64,000 bases of DNA from Azolla caroliniana (GCA_043228905.1 JBHGNT010000009.1:7874001-7938000); one strand, 5' to 3'. Numbered from the stretch's first letter, positions 1-13,845 are shown. Notes: generated by a model not told the origin, from the letters alone. Program-made: numbers and translations.

Positions 1-715
1 TGTCCAATTTCTTGTCCCCGAACTGTACCGGCAACCAAAGATCTTTGTCCACGAGCATGTCCCTCATCTTCGGCTTCCACACTAGGTAGTTGGAGACGGT
101 GAGCTTGAACATGCCGCCGAATGATTTTCTTCCATTTCCTATGTTCGCTCTGATACCAGATTGTGCGGAAATAACGGTCGGCCACAACCGAGTCTTCAAC
201 AAGGAATAGAAGAGAACAAAGTAAAATAGAGATGATACAGGATGTTAATGTGGAAAACCCTAAATGAGAAAAACCACGAGAGCCCACAGATTCCAACTAT
301 CACTATGAGGGCAGGTATACAATGTGAGACTCAGAGGCAACGACCTCCAACCTATGTCTTCGCCAAACTTGCGGTTACAACATAAAACTAGTTCTGTATC
401 TCTCTCTCTCTCTGTCTCTCTATCTCTAACAATATAGAACAACACCACATTCCTATAAAGTGATTGCCCTAAGTTATATTTATACTTATATGACTTTAGG
501 GTTATTTACAAATATAGCCTCGATGGGCTCACCATGAAACATATTTACACATATGTCCTTGGATCTAGTTTACACCGGATCCATCCGGATTCACTCGATC
601 CGGTTTCCGGGTCTCATCTAGAACCCTTCCGGATCCGGTTCCTTCATCCGGCTTTTCTGATCCGACTCCTCAGGTTCTCATACGGATCCCATCCGGAGGG
701 ATCGAATTCCTAACA
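1..715 (-). mobile_element. 5' end of a Ty1/copia element (5' LTR 162-715, tRNA-iMet PBS 147-158, start of gag); continues beyond the window
   Basis: Reverse complement reads TGTTAGGAATTCGATCCCTCCGGATGGG...CA, then TGGTATCAGAGC, then GMFKLTVSNYLVWKPKMRDMLVDKDLWLPVQFGDK, homologous to the gag at 34160. Confidence 0.9.
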
Positions 716-719
716 GATT

Positions 720-1160
720 CTAGCTCATCCACATTAGGGTATGTGATGACCTATGTAGGGGGAGTTGTGTCATGGCAATCATGATTGCAAAAGGATGTGG
801 CTTTGTCGACTATAGAGGTTGAGTACATGGCTGCAGTGGAGGCCAAGAAAGTTTTGATTTGGATGAGGGATTTTCTAAGTGAACTAGGAATGAAGCAAGA
901 AAAATTCCTACTTCATTGCGATAAACAGAGTGCCATCTACTTGGCCAAGAATGTTGCCTATCACTCTTGTACAAAGCACATTCAGAGAAGGTATCACTAG
1001 TTACGAGAGAGTGGATGAAAATAACTTCGTTTTAACGAAGATCCATACCGATGAAAATGGACCCGACATGCTTACTAAAATTTTATCTACGGAAAATGGT
1101 CTGGTTGACATCCCCCATATAGGAGTGAAGGGGGAGTTTGTTATGAAAGCATGTCCCTCT
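720..1160 (+). pseudogene. Copia RNase H remnant with PPT
   Basis: VALSTIEVEYMAAVEA...HCDKQSAIYLAKN..YHSCTKHIQRRYH; PPT GAGTGAAGGGGGAG at about 1123-1136 followed by TGTT. Confidence 0.85.
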
Positions 1161-1199
1161 TGATGGGGGTACATACATATATACATACATACATACAAC

Positions 1200-1530
1200 G
1201 CCTACATGGAATATCACTATGCATTTATGATGAAGGTGGCGATAGTTTGGGAGCCGGAAAACTTTTCTGAAGCTACTAAGGACCTGCAATGGGTCGAAGT
1301 GATGAATGAGGTGATGCAAGCACTCTCTAGGAACGAGACATTGGATCTCGTCCCCTCTTCATCCCACCAAAAGAAAATCGGATGTCGGTGGATATTCAAG
1401 GTGAAGCACAATGCCAACAACACCATCAATCAATATAAGGCCCGACTTCTAGCAAAAGGGTATGCACAGACATACGGGGTCGATTATGAAGAGACCTTTG
1501 CACCAGTGCCAAAGATGAATATCGCGCGGT
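1200..1530 (+). pseudogene. Copia reverse transcriptase N-terminal fragment
   Basis: EPENFSEA...IGCRWIFKVK...YKARLLAKGYAQTYGVDYEETFAPV. Confidence 0.85.
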
Positions 1531-1544
1531 GTTTGCATCCTCTA

Positions 1545-4500
1545 TGTAAAGAATCAATGGTGATTCTTGTGTAGCGGAAGAGATGTGTGTTATGTGTATG
1601 TGTGAGACGAAAGAGGAGAGGAGAGAAACACAAGATGGATAAGAGACAAAATGAAGTACTCAAGAAGAAGGAGATGTATATTAACAAGGAGAATATGATA
1701 AATGAAAATGTAGCATTACAAGGAGTCACAACCGACTTCGTATGAAGTGTGAGGAGGGTGCTTTATATATAGTCACCCTCTCTCTTCATTAACTAACTAC
1801 AACTGTCACTCTCTCTCTTGGGGAATGTGAAGACTCATAGTCATGGGGAATATGTAACTCATTAGTTATGTGTCATAGAATATGATTCTATGACACATAG
1901 TTAATGTGTAGAGAGTAGTGGTGTGACTCTTGACCTTTGAGTAATTATGGATTCTCAAAAGGTGTGTTCACACGTTGCACTATGTTGAGCTTGATTCTCA
2001 ACACGCCCCCTCAAGCTCAACTTGGGTTGGTTCCTTTCAATTGATGTCTGCTTCGGTTGGTATCCGGTTCGGACAATCTCCGATGTCCGCTTCAGCTTGT
2101 ACCCGATTCGGACAATATCCGGTTCTCTCTTGTACTCCCCCTCAAGCTTGGCAAGTCAGGGATCGTCAATCCAAGGTCTGACATGAATTGATGAAGCTTG
2201 TCGGCTCCTAAGGCTTTGGTGAAGATGTAGATCATCTGAAGATTCGTGTTGATGTGTTGAAGGTCGACATCTCCAGCCTATACGCGCTCTCGAATGAAGG
2301 GATAGTGCACTTCGATGTGCTTTGTGCGAGCGTGGAACACCGGGTTCCAAGCCAGATATATACTGCTCATATTGTCGCAGTAAATGGGAGTCGAATCCTT
2401 GATGGGGATGCCCAGATCCTTCAAAATCCTCCTGAGCCATATGGCTTCACATGCATCTACGGTTACGCCCCTGTATTCGGCCTTTGTACTCGAAAGTGCG
2501 ATGGTAGGCTGCTTCTTACTACTCCAAGATATTGCTCCGCTACCAAGCGAGAAGAAAAATCCAGAGGTCGATCGTCTATCAACTTTGTAGCATGCCCAGT
2601 CCGCGTCTGTGTACCCTTCGAGTCGTATTGGTGTGGCCGATGCGTAGAGAACGTCGTAATCCATTGTGCCACTCACGTATCGTAATACTCGCTTAGCGCA
2701 ATCCAAGTGAATGTCGTGTGGTTTTTGCATGATTTGGCTGAGGAGTCCAACTGGATAGCTAAGGTCGGGTCAAGTGGTCGTGAGATAGATGAGGCTCCCG
2801 ATCAGTTGACAATATTGGGTCAGCCCGCACTCGTCTATGTCGGCCGGAGTCAGCATCTAGTCTGAGGTTTCGATCGAGAGGCGTGGTGACCGATTTGCAC
2901 TCAGTCATCCGAAATTTGTATAACAAGTTGAGAATGTAGTGCTATTGAGAGATCATATTGCCGGCCAGATTCCAAATCACCTCGATGCCTAGGAAGTAAT
3001 GGAGCTCCTTCACGTCCATCATCTCGAATTTGTTGGAGAGGAGGAACTTCACCTTGTTGATGTCGACTAAATGCTCACCTCCAATAACCAGATCATCCAC
3101 GTATAGGATGATGACAATCAAGCTTTTAGACTCGTTTCGTACATAGAGGGAGTTGTCGGATTTCGACATTCGGAAGCTGATTTGATGAAGATATTGTGTA
3201 ATCTTCGAATGCCAAGCACACGGTGCTTGCTTGAGGCCGTAGAGAGGCTTCTTGAGTTGGCATACGGCTTTTGGGTGAATGCACGATTCAAAGCTAGGTG
3301 GTTGTACCATGTACACCTCCTCATCTAATTCGCCTTGAAGAAAGGCATTCTTGACGTCCATTTGGTGGAGGTGCCACCCTTTTGCCGCTGCAAGTGCGAT
3401 CACAGTCCGCACCGTCGTCATCTTTGCCACTAGGGCAAAGGTCTCTTCATAGTCGACTCCATGTGTTTGTGGGTATCCTTTCGCTACGAGTCGAGCTTTG
3501 TAAAGGTGTACGGAGCCGTCAACATTATACTTCACCTTGTAGATCGATCTACATCCGATCGCCTTCTTGTGTGGTGAGTGGGGAACGAGATCCCATGTGT
3601 CGTTCTTGCAACAGTACATTTATGATGAAGCCGATTCTTACGGGGTTCTTTTCACAGGTGGATCGACGTAACTTCTCGTTTGCGGATTCTAAGGCTTTCT
3701 TCACTCCATTTGTCCAGATGTCAAGGCCTTTAAACTCACTATCGAGGGAGTGAGTCGATTCGTTGCCATCGAAATGAGCGTCTTCATACTCCGGCATTTT
3801 GGCCTTCCCTTTGTCCAACTTCGGACTTGGTCGAGATGTGCTTTGATCGCTCGAAGGCTCTTGTGGTCCGCTCAGTCAGGTCGTGATCGGACTTTCTTCG
3901 AACATACTCGTAAGGTGATCTTCATCCTCTATCTCTTGTTCGGCGGATTCTGGGTCAAGTGGAATTGGAGTCGAAGTTGTCTCTAGTGCATACCATGATG
4001 CGGACTCGTAAAAAACAACGTCTTGACTTACGCGAACTTTTCGAGTCGAGGGGTTGTAGCACTTGTACCCCTTTTGCTCCAGTGAGTATCCAATGAGGAT
4101 ACATTTTTCCGACTTCGGGTCGAGCTTTTGTCGGTTTTCATCAGGGATGTGCACATACGCAATGGAGCCGAATATCCGAACATGTGATTGGTCCGGCTTC
4201 TTTCCGAAAAACTTCTCGTGCGGCGCGAGGTCATGCACACCAGATGTCGTACACCGATTCATGAGGTATACGGCTGTATTAGCCGCTTCTTCCCAGTACA
4301 AGTTTGGCACATGCTTTTCGTTCATCATGGCTCGTGCTACTTCGAGGATGTGCCGATTCTGTCGTTCAGCCATTCCATTTTGGTTGTGGCGTATGTCAAC
4401 ATGAAAACTCTCGCCGTTTAGGCTGGTCCCCATACATCGGAGTGAATTACGTCGAGTACGCCTTTGCTTACATTCCTCTCCTTCGGAAATGGGTGTCGAT

Positions 4501-6357
4501 GTTGCTTGCCGAATTGGCAAGCGGCACACATGCCTTCAATCTCTTTCTCCGTGAATGTCGGCAGCCCGATGACGACTGCTTTCGATTGCATTGCCTTGAG
4601 CTTTTGGAGGTTTATATGGCCAATCCGCTTGTGCCATAACTCTATGTCGGAATCAGCTTTCATGCCGTTTGGGAACATGGTCGATTTCATCTCATGTGAG
4701 TCGAGAATGAACATTCGGCCCTCTCTTCGTTTGCGAGCGATGAGTCGGCCCTCTTTTTCGATGAAGCAACCGCCTTGATTAAATCGTACTTGTATTCCTT
4801 CCTCTACAATTTGGCCGATAGAGACCAAATTCTTCGTGATAGTTGGTACATACAAGACTTTTTTAATGTAAGTTTGCTTACCTTCTTCTCCGAATGGAAC
4901 ATTGTCGATGTGCCGAATCGGATGCGTAGTGTCGTCTCCGGTTTCGACATAGCCAGGTCGCTCCGGCTCTCGAAGTTCTTGGAACCATTCTTGATGAGAC
5001 GTCATATGGTTTGAGGCACCAGAATCAATGAACCATACGTCTTCCGAACCGGAGACACTAGTAGAAGTAGAGGCCGACATAGAATTCGCTCTATGTCTCA
5101 TCACGAACATTCCACCACGATCGTCATAGTCGGAGTTGGTGGCATAATTGGTGAGTTGTCGGCTAGTGTAAGCCGACTCATGCATCTTCTTTCGGCACTC
5201 TTCTTCGCGGTGGCCGATTTTTCCACAATATCCGCATTCGACTGAGTTTTGTCGACTCGGACCGGAATGGAAGCTCCCCCTTCTTCCGAAGGTTCCTCGA
5301 TGGCCTTCATCTTGTTGTCATAATTAAGAGTTGTTTTCGTAAGTCAGGCCTCGTCCGCCTCATCCTTGGCCGAATCGGCCTCTTCTTGCATGGCTGCATC
5401 CGCTTCCTCCGTCCGAATGCATGTAAAGCATGTGGCCTTCCAAGGCGTTGCTCCTTGTTCGAACATGATTTTCTTCGACCAACAAAATTGATTTTCTCCC
5501 GTGCTAGTATGGCGGTCCTCATCACGCCGAACCGTGGTGCAAGGCCGCCGAGGCATATTTGCACCATCTCTTCATCCTCCACGTTTACGCTTATCGAGCT
5601 GAGTGAATCACAAAGCTCCTTGATCTTCAAGGTGTAGCTCATGACGAACATATCCCTTTGTTGGATATTATTCAACTCTTGGCGGAGTTGAAGCTTTCTC
5701 GCGATAGTGTTGGCGGCGAAAATCTTTCGTAGATTCTCCCACGCTTCCTTCGGCATCTTGGCTTCTCGAATGTACCCGAGCATGTGGCCGTGAACACATG
5801 TCGCCAAGGAATACATCGCTCAGCTTGCTGCTTGCTCCCACGTTGCATAGTCAGCGTCTTCAGGGTTGGGCCGATTTTCTTGTGCTCCTTTGATGTATCT
5901 CCAATAGCCTTGGCCGACAAGGTATTGGTGCATCTTGTACTCCCAAGATGCAAAGTTGTTGTGATCCAACTTCTCGCTAGGGAGAGCGCTCCCCATTTGA
6001 GTATTCATTGTCGATGTAGATTTCTTCCTTCTTTTCTTTTCCTTCTCTCTGAAACACGAGCTATGTAGTCCCACTACGATAGCGATGAGCTGGTTCTTCT
6101 TGAACGTCGGCGTAGAGCACAACACACAATCACGATGAGGCGAGTGGGCTAGATCGAGCTACCAAATCGCTCTAATACCATGTAAAGAATCAATGGTGAT
6201 TCTTGTGTAGCGGAAGAGATGTGTGTTATGTGTATGTGTGAGACGAAAGAGGAGAGGAGAGAAATACAAGATGGAGAAGAGACAAAATAAAGTACTCAAG
6301 AAGAAGGAGATGTATATTAACAAGGAGAATATGATAAATGAAAATGTAGCATTACAA
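1545..6357 (-). mobile_element. Decayed Ty1/copia element: 3' LTR 1545-2003, truncated 5' LTR 6181-6357, mutated PBS 6169-6180, PPT about 2004-2016
   Basis: Direct repeat TGTAAAGAATCAATGGTGATTCTTG at 1545 and 6181; fragmented minus-strand ORFs in the order gag, PR (WFIDSGASNHMT), INT, RT (ILYVDDL), RH (DADW, HARTKHIEVHY). Confidence 0.93.
2130..6008 (-). pseudogene. Copia gag-pol, frameshifted and deleted
   Basis: ORF pieces 5820-6125, 5307-5816, 4418-5185, 3876-4529, 2942-3619, 2278-2730. Confidence 0.9.
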
Positions 6358-6809
6358 ATTGGTCACACCGGTTCGACTCGAAGGGCACACCGATGCCGAC
6401 TGGCCCGGATACAAAACCAACTGACGATCAACATTAGGGTTCTTCTTCTCCCTTGGCAACGGAGCCATATCGTGGAGCAACAAGAAGCAGTCGATAGTCA
6501 CATTGTCGAGCATAGAGGTCAAATACAGAGGCGCATCAATTGTTGCATGTGAAGCCGTTTGGTTGAAACGAATCTTGAAGGATCTGGGCGTTCCCATCAC
6601 GGATCTGATTCTTCTTTATTGCGACAACATGAGCATTATTCATCTGGCTCAGAACCCAAGCACCTTCTCCTCCTCTTTGTAGTTTGTTGGCTATTATTCT
6701 TGTTAATACAGTTTTACTAATTTTTGTATACTCTATGTTTTCTTTATCGCACACACACACATACGTACGTACACATTCCACTGCATAGAATCACTCTCGA
6801 TTCATTACA
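6358..6809 (+). mobile_element. Inverted Copia fragment: RNase H piece plus LTR 3' end
   Basis: + strand encodes RLEGHTDADW...GAISWSNKKQ...YCDNMS; ends ...GAATCACTCTCGATTCATTACA, the reverse of an LTR end related to 1545/6181. Confidence 0.75.
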
Positions 6810-6829
6810 ATTCGCATAAGATAGTGTTT

Positions 6830-8377
6830 GAGAATGATAGGTTCTTTGTCGCAATAAAGTGAGCCTAGTAGTTCCTAAAGGCTAAATTGCATGAAGTTTG
6901 GCCTACTTCGATGGATGAATAGTTAGATAAACCCTTGGTTTGGAATCCTTTATTTCTAGATGATGGTGGATCTATGTTGGGGAGGAGAGTCAGATTAAAT
7001 TGGGCTCATGTGGATTCATCTTTTGCCTCATCTCTAAGTATTTGGCAATGTTTTGTTCACAATCCTAATCATATTATTCAACATGAGTATAGAGGAATAA
7101 GAAGAGACAAGGTGATATTTGATGAGTTAAAGAAGTTGTAGTTACCCTTGTAGGATAATATACTCTCTAATTGTCATGAGTGAGTGGGATTATTTTCGAA
7201 TTTCTATATTCTACTTGGAGTCAGTGGCCTTATAGATAATGGTACTTTCGTAAGCTACGATGTTCTACAGGATGGTACTTTAGAAGATGAATGGTTGGTT
7301 GAAGCTACATTAAACATTAAAACCTGTTAGAATTCTAGCTAAAGTAGCAAGTTTTGGATCATTGATCGTGATCCTAATGTTGTTCATCCAAGGTGGGATC
7401 TATGGGTAGTGGGGAAGAAACCGTTATGAGAATTGGAATGGGATCTAGGGGAATGGAAGTGGTTACCTACATCATATTCTGGGGAGGATGTTCATCTGAT
7501 TCTGTTTTTTCAATATTCGATTCAATTGGGAAGGGAGATGATAAGGCGTAGGGTACCCCACTAGCCGACAATAGTTAAGACGTGGTTGAGTTATAATGTT
7601 TACTCTACTTGCACAACAACATTTTGGAAATGGCTATGGGCCATGCAATTTCCAAATAAGCTTATTTTATTTAGATGGTCGATTGTGCATTATGCGGTTC
7701 ATATTAGGACTTGGATATATTGTGAGGATGAGCATAAGATGTGTGGATTCTATGGGTTAGAGATGGAATCTCTTCGTCACCTATTTTGGTCTTGTATGGT
7801 AGCTAAATTGATTTGGAAAAGGTTTTTGCGTCTGCTGCATGAGGTATATGGCTCTAAAGTATATAAATGGGGGACAATGATGTGGGCTGATATTAAGGGT
7901 GAGATACAAAATTATGAAAAGAAAAGGTCAACTTTGCATTATATGCAAGAGGTCGATATATTGAGGAAGTATTGTCATGTATGTCTATTAATTCAATACA
8001 GAATGGGGGGGTTTAAAGATGATTCGTTCAATAGTCTTATGGGCTTTGTGGACTAGTAGATGAAAGATATTTCAAGAAATTAAATGGAATGTTGTGAATG
8101 TAGTCAAGGAGTGAAAGCAAGAGCTTTTTAAGACGACATGCGAAAGGATGAATGTCGTCTTCATGGTTAATGGTTGTATACGTTGGAAGTATCAGCCACC
8201 CCTCTAGGTATTTCCTCCACCAACATGAGGCATCTGGCCATGTACAATTGCTCTTGACAATACTTTGGGAGATATGTGTGTTTGTGGCAGCCTAAGAGCA
8301 GTTGTGAAAGTGTCTATGGATCATGTAAATTGTTTTAGACATAATATAAACCATTGTTGGAAAAAATAAATAAATAA
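6830..8377 (+). mobile_element. L1-clade LINE 3' fragment (zf-RVT region), decayed
   Basis: FWKWLWAMQFPNKLILFRW...C....EMESLRHLFWSCMVAKLIW; A-rich end at 8361-8377. Confidence 0.75.
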
Positions 8378-8404
8378 TTCTATAAGATCACGTCATAGAG
8401 ACAC

Positions 8405-11400
8405 TTTTTTTTTCCAAAAAAGAATATACTCCTTTAGTTAAAATATACATAAAACTCGATCCCTTTCTTGGGAAGGCTGAGCCAAGAATATCCTATCCTA
8501 CACAAGAGATCTTGCTTATTTATCTTACACTTTCACATATGGCTCTAGCCATCCTTTCATGCGCATCACCTACATTCACTATCCCACATGCCATGTCTTT
8601 CACACTCCTCGTTCATCTAATGGGAGGGGGGAACAACCATTTGGGTATTTCATACTTCCCCAGTATATCCATTCCATTTGTTGTGGTCATCGGTGTAGTA
8701 CACCATCGTGACTTTCGAAAATTCAGCCTCATTAGTTCTACAGCATCATTAGTACCATCAATCCGCTCATATTGAGCTCTTAGTGTAGTTATTAATGTGT
8801 GCTAGATTAGCTTAATCGATTCCGTAGGGGGGGCATTTGTGTGCTGAAAATACCCTGGTACACCTTGCTGTCCATATATACCATATAGTAATGGGGGCAA
8901 GCAACATCCAAAAATCTCCAAGTTTTTGATTTTGTGCACAAGCTGTAGGTACCCTGTTGTCAGTGATCAGCCGCACAATGCCATTCTCCCCTCTGTACTT
9001 AGCATCGCATGTGCCATCATATTTTGCCACTCATCCTCAAGACAAATCCAGCAAGCATGTCCCTAGTTGAGGGTGAACGAACTAGAGGCATGGCAAAGCA
9101 AACGTAGTGCCCTTCCCCATACAGCCACTGCCTCACGACATTCCCATAGACAATGGGAAATGCTTTCTATTTGTCCACAGGCAATGCATCTAGGGTCTAC
9201 ATTGGGGCCTTTTCCCCACGTCCCTACCGGCAAGGCTCTATTTGCAATAAGCCATAAACACATCATTATCTTGTGGTCATATCTGTCATGCCATATCATT
9301 TTCCAGAATTTATCTAGTCTCATTTCACTAATGCCCTCCTGTATCCAAAATTTCCTTGCTGCAATCTTGTCGTGTTCTTGTTCTAGAATAATTTGCCTCC
9401 CAATCTTCGTGTTATACCTGAAAAATTGAACCAGCTTTTCCCCATCAGTTCGTCCTTGAGTTCTCCAACAATACATCGTTGGGTCCCATGATAACTGATC
9501 CAAATGCCCTTGTATAGGCCAACACACTGTCGCCGGTGTGATCTCCGTTGGTTTAGGGTCAATAATCATATTCTTGCCAATTTTTGCGATTAGCCTAATC
9601 GGCCTTTCTATTTGAAAGGCCGGTTGCTCAACTCTTACCATTCCGTGCTCTAGTTTGTAGTAGAATACCTCATTTGATTCTACTTTCATTCCCTTAATGC
9701 CAATTAAACAGTTCTCGGCATCTATAAGTTCTATCCACGCAATTTCAGAGGTTGGTACTTCTTCCTCATCCATGGTATTCCTGTAGCATGCAATGGCATC
9801 TGTAATTCTCTTGAGCATGCCTTTACCCCTACTTATTCTCCATAGTCTAGCCTTTTGAGTGCCCACCTCATTGGACAAAAACCTCTCCCACTCCACTAAT
9901 GCATTTCCTTGGGCATTGATTAACTCAGCCCATTTGAAACCTGCTTTTTGGCCTATCATCAGCCCATCCAAATCTTTAATCAATGGGTTCCATACAATTG
10001 GCATGTACATCCGCGCATATGCATAATTTCTCCACCTACATGTGATCCCCTTTCTGACTTCTTGCCATGCTTTCATAATTCCAATAGCACAACGACTCTG
10101 CAAGCCCCAAAATGGGCTGATTGGCCAGCGTCCACGTTGTCTCGGCAACCACATCTTCCATCTACGTCGCCATAGCACTTTCCAAGGTGCCTCAGGAGGT
10201 TGTAGGCCCCTGACCACTAGTTTGCCTAGCAAGGCCTTCGTTTGCACCACGGGATCTATCAATCCCACCCCCCCTTCACTTTTCCTTTTTATAAGTGTGG
10301 TTCAAGCAACCTTTGCATAGGCCTATTTTTCCTCTGTGCCCCCCCATAAGAAATTTCTGATAATCCTTTTTATTAATTTCATCAACTTGGGCACGATTAT
10401 CCAGCATGCAGTAGTATGCCAAATAGTGGTCATTAGAATCTGATTTGCAATCACAATCTTGCTCGCAAAGGATAGTTTTCTTGCATTCCACCATATTAAC
10501 TTCGCTTTTATTTTGTCCACTAGTAGATTGTAATGTTCTGCTCGATCGATGTCCATACCAATTTTGAAGCCCAAGTATTTAGTAGCTTCTCCTTTCCTCA
10601 ACCATCTAAAATTGGGGTTTGGGACCCAATTTAACATGGGCTTATTACTGATCCAAAGGCCCACAGATTTATTCCAATTTATTTTAGCATCCGATCCCCT
10701 ACAAAACTAGTAGATTGTAATGTTCTGCTCGATCGATGTCCATACCAATTTTGAAGCCCAAGTATCTAGTAGCTTCTCCTTTCCTCAACCATTTAAAATT
10801 GGGGTTTGGGACCCAATTTAACATGGGCTTATTACTGATCCAAAGGCCCACAGATTTATTCCAATTTATTTTAGCATCCGATCCCCTACAAAACTCATCA
10901 ATTGCATTTTGCAATCTGCCCAAGTTGTGTGCATCACCTTTGACATAGGTCATTGTGTCATCATCATATGTCGTATCAAGCACCATACCTTCATCATCGG
11001 GCAAGGTAAGGCCTTGTATTTGCCAAGATCTATCAGCAATTTGATAATGCAAAGCTTCTGCAGCAATGATATATAAGTACAGGGCCAATGGGCATCCTTG
11101 GCGTACCGAACGTAGCATCTTAAAGCTCTTCTCCATACTTCCAGCCATTAACACCTGGCTAGATGCACCTCTGTAAAAGGCACTCATTCCAAGGATCCAT
11201 TGTTGTTCAAAGCCTAGGACCTGCCATCACTGCTTTTAGGAAATCCCATGAAATCCTGTCATAAGCTTTTTCGAAGTCGAGTAGCATTATTGCTAGGTCC
11301 ACTTCTTGCTCCTCCGCCCATGCTGAGTATTCCTAGAATGTTATCACATTGTCAACAATGTTCCAGTTTTCCAGGATGCCAGTTTGCGTTGTATGTATAA

Positions 11401-11882
11401 TTTCCCCAAGAACCATTTTCAATCTCTTACTTACGACTTTGGCCATTATCTTATATGTATTGGTGAGAATCGTCAATGGTCGCCAATTATAGGCCAATTA
11501 TCAAGCGTTGTTAGGTCTTTACCAACCTTGGGTATTAAATAAATCATGCCTCTACACATTGTTGTGGGCATTAATCCTTCTACCATAATGTATTGCATCC
11601 CTGCTAGCATGTCATCCTTAATTAGATCCCAATATTGGATGTAAAAGTATATAGGAAGTCCATCAATTCCAGCACAGCTTTGTTTGTTCATATCCCCAAT
11701 AGCATCCCACAATTCATGCATACCTATAGGGGTATGTAGTCGGTCCATCATCTGAGTTGTAACTTGGTATCCTATTTATTATATTTCTGAAGGCAACCTA
11801 ATCAATCAGTTCCTCATTGCATACACTTAGTAGTTGAGTATAATAGCCTGTGGCTATTTCAAGCATTTCCTCTTTGCATGTG
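8405..11882 (-). mobile_element. 5'-truncated L1-clade LINE (RT plus zf-RVT) with target-site duplication
   Basis: RT motifs (LLDFEKAYD, SVRQGCPL, YDDD), zf-RVT (CIACGQIESISHCLWEC); poly-T at 8405-8413; GTCATAGAGACACTTTT repeated at 8392-8408 and 11883-11899. Confidence 0.92.
10519..10892. repeat. 187-bp tandem duplication inside LINE ORF2
   Basis: ACTAGTAGATTGTAATG... starts at 10519 and 10706; about 2 mismatches; duplicated peptide GLWISNKPMLNWVPNPNF visible in two ORFs. Confidence 0.95.
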
Positions 11883-13094
11883 GTCATAGAGACACTTTTG
11901 TAGATGTTCCTACAAGAATAATCTCTATGGAAATATCAGGTTACTCCAATCTCTAATTTGGAGCCAATAAAATGCATTTGCCAGAAGGATAATAAAATCA
12001 ATCCATCTATCTATGTATTCTTCCCTAACATATTGCATAAATGAGCATCAAAACGAAGCAATACCATGGCTAGTGCATCCTAGTCAACCAAGGTATCATT
12101 TCCTTTGGGATCACATAATACAAATTGGGGCTCATACTAAACTCTAGCTTGCAACATGATGTCTTTCTACAAACCAACTAAAGCAATCAAGAGCTTGCAT
12201 CAAGCCCATAGAAAATGTAAGCATGCCTTCCTTCGTGAGTATCAAATAATAGTCCAAGATTTTGGAGGTCTAATGTAGTTCATCACTTCCGAAGCATCAA
12301 TCCACAAGTTTGTGTTTCTCCCTCTGTGTATTGTTTCTTAGTTCCTCCTACTCACATGTTACAACATGAAGAATGCTTTTTAAAACATTGATGATTCTAG
12401 AGCATATTTCTCCCCGCTTGAAACATTATCATGGAATTCATGGTGTAGATGCAACAAACCCTTCACAAAAATCGTCATAGAAAATCCATAAGTCTCTTAA
12501 AATCAAAATATTGAGCGTACAATAGGTTCGGAAGACATCAAGGGTTTTAAAGATAGGATGTAAAATACTTGCTTCATGATACCTACAACATTGAACTTCA
12601 CATTTGTAGTGGTGATGCATTGATGCTCAACAAGGATTTTGGAAACTTCAACCTCATACATTAGAACTACATGAGGCACTCAACTATGAGAATATATTCT
12701 TCTTTGAGCATGAATCCACATTTAGTCATAGATGACGTGAGCCCATCTCAATGTATCAAGTGAAATCATTCTTTCTATTTGGCCTAATGCTCATTCTCTC
12801 TCTGCATTGTGAGTTGGTGATATATCTCATCGATTGTGCACATTATTCATCGAATTTTGTGGTACTATAGTGTTCAACTTGTGACATATTTACATTCTCG
12901 TTTGCTTTCAATTTTCCCCACAAATATACAACCATCTTGTTATATCCCTACACACATGTTTCTCTCATTGTCTCAATGTGAATTTTCATAAAATCTCCCT
13001 CTCTCTCTCTCTCTCTTCGTAAATAGTAATTGTATTAATTACAACTTGTATAACTACAATGCATGAGGGTGCGATATCAAGAGACACGCAACCG

Positions 13095-13096
<2 letters not shown>

Positions 13097-13167
<71 letters not shown>

Positions 13168-13183
13168 CACACACACACACACA
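13097..13183. repeat. (CT)n-(CA)n compound microsatellite
   Basis: Read directly; further (CT)n tracts near 13000, 13841-13893, 13990 and 14070. Confidence 0.95.
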
Positions 13184-13845
13184 TCAAGTAAAAATGGTTC
13201 CATTGCTCTCCCCCTCTTGCTCTCCTAGATTTGTGTGTTTCATCCGCATGAGCCATGCTAATATTCTCTAAATATTTCCAATTTTACGAGACTCCCCCAA
13301 AGGACTGAAGGCTAGAAGATGTTGTAGACCACTTAGGAGAAGAATGAGGCAGCCTCTTCATTATTGGGGTGCATAAGAGGCTTGAGTGGAGACTCCTTAA
13401 GCACATTAGTACACATAAGAAAGGGCATCTCATGGGGCATTGGGAAGGGTCAACATGACCAAATTCACTTTCTTTTATCTTCTTTACTTGGGTTTTGCTA
13501 ATCTTGATTTCTTGAACAAACCATAAAACGATAAGGTGTATATTGCTTTTGTCCCAAATGTGACATTGACGTCTTTAGAGATGTTAAGACACTCCCTCCC
13601 TCACACTTTGTCTTCCTCTCTTCTTTATCGATCATCTCCCATGGAAGTTAAAAAGATATTTGTCTCCTTTGTCTCGCTCTAGTAGTACTACACTACATTC
13701 TTATGGAATTATTTCCTTTTGTCCCCAATGTTTGACCTTGGATGGCTTAATAAAACCTTGGGGAGGACCATAGTAAAACCTCTTTCAAGTTTCCCCCCAA
13801 CCCAAGCAACCATTACATTTGAAATTCTTTGCAATAAACTCTCTC

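Noticed and set aside
11900-12980. Possible decayed coding sequence on the minus strand
   Set aside because: No recognisable motif or sustained frame; needs BLASTX
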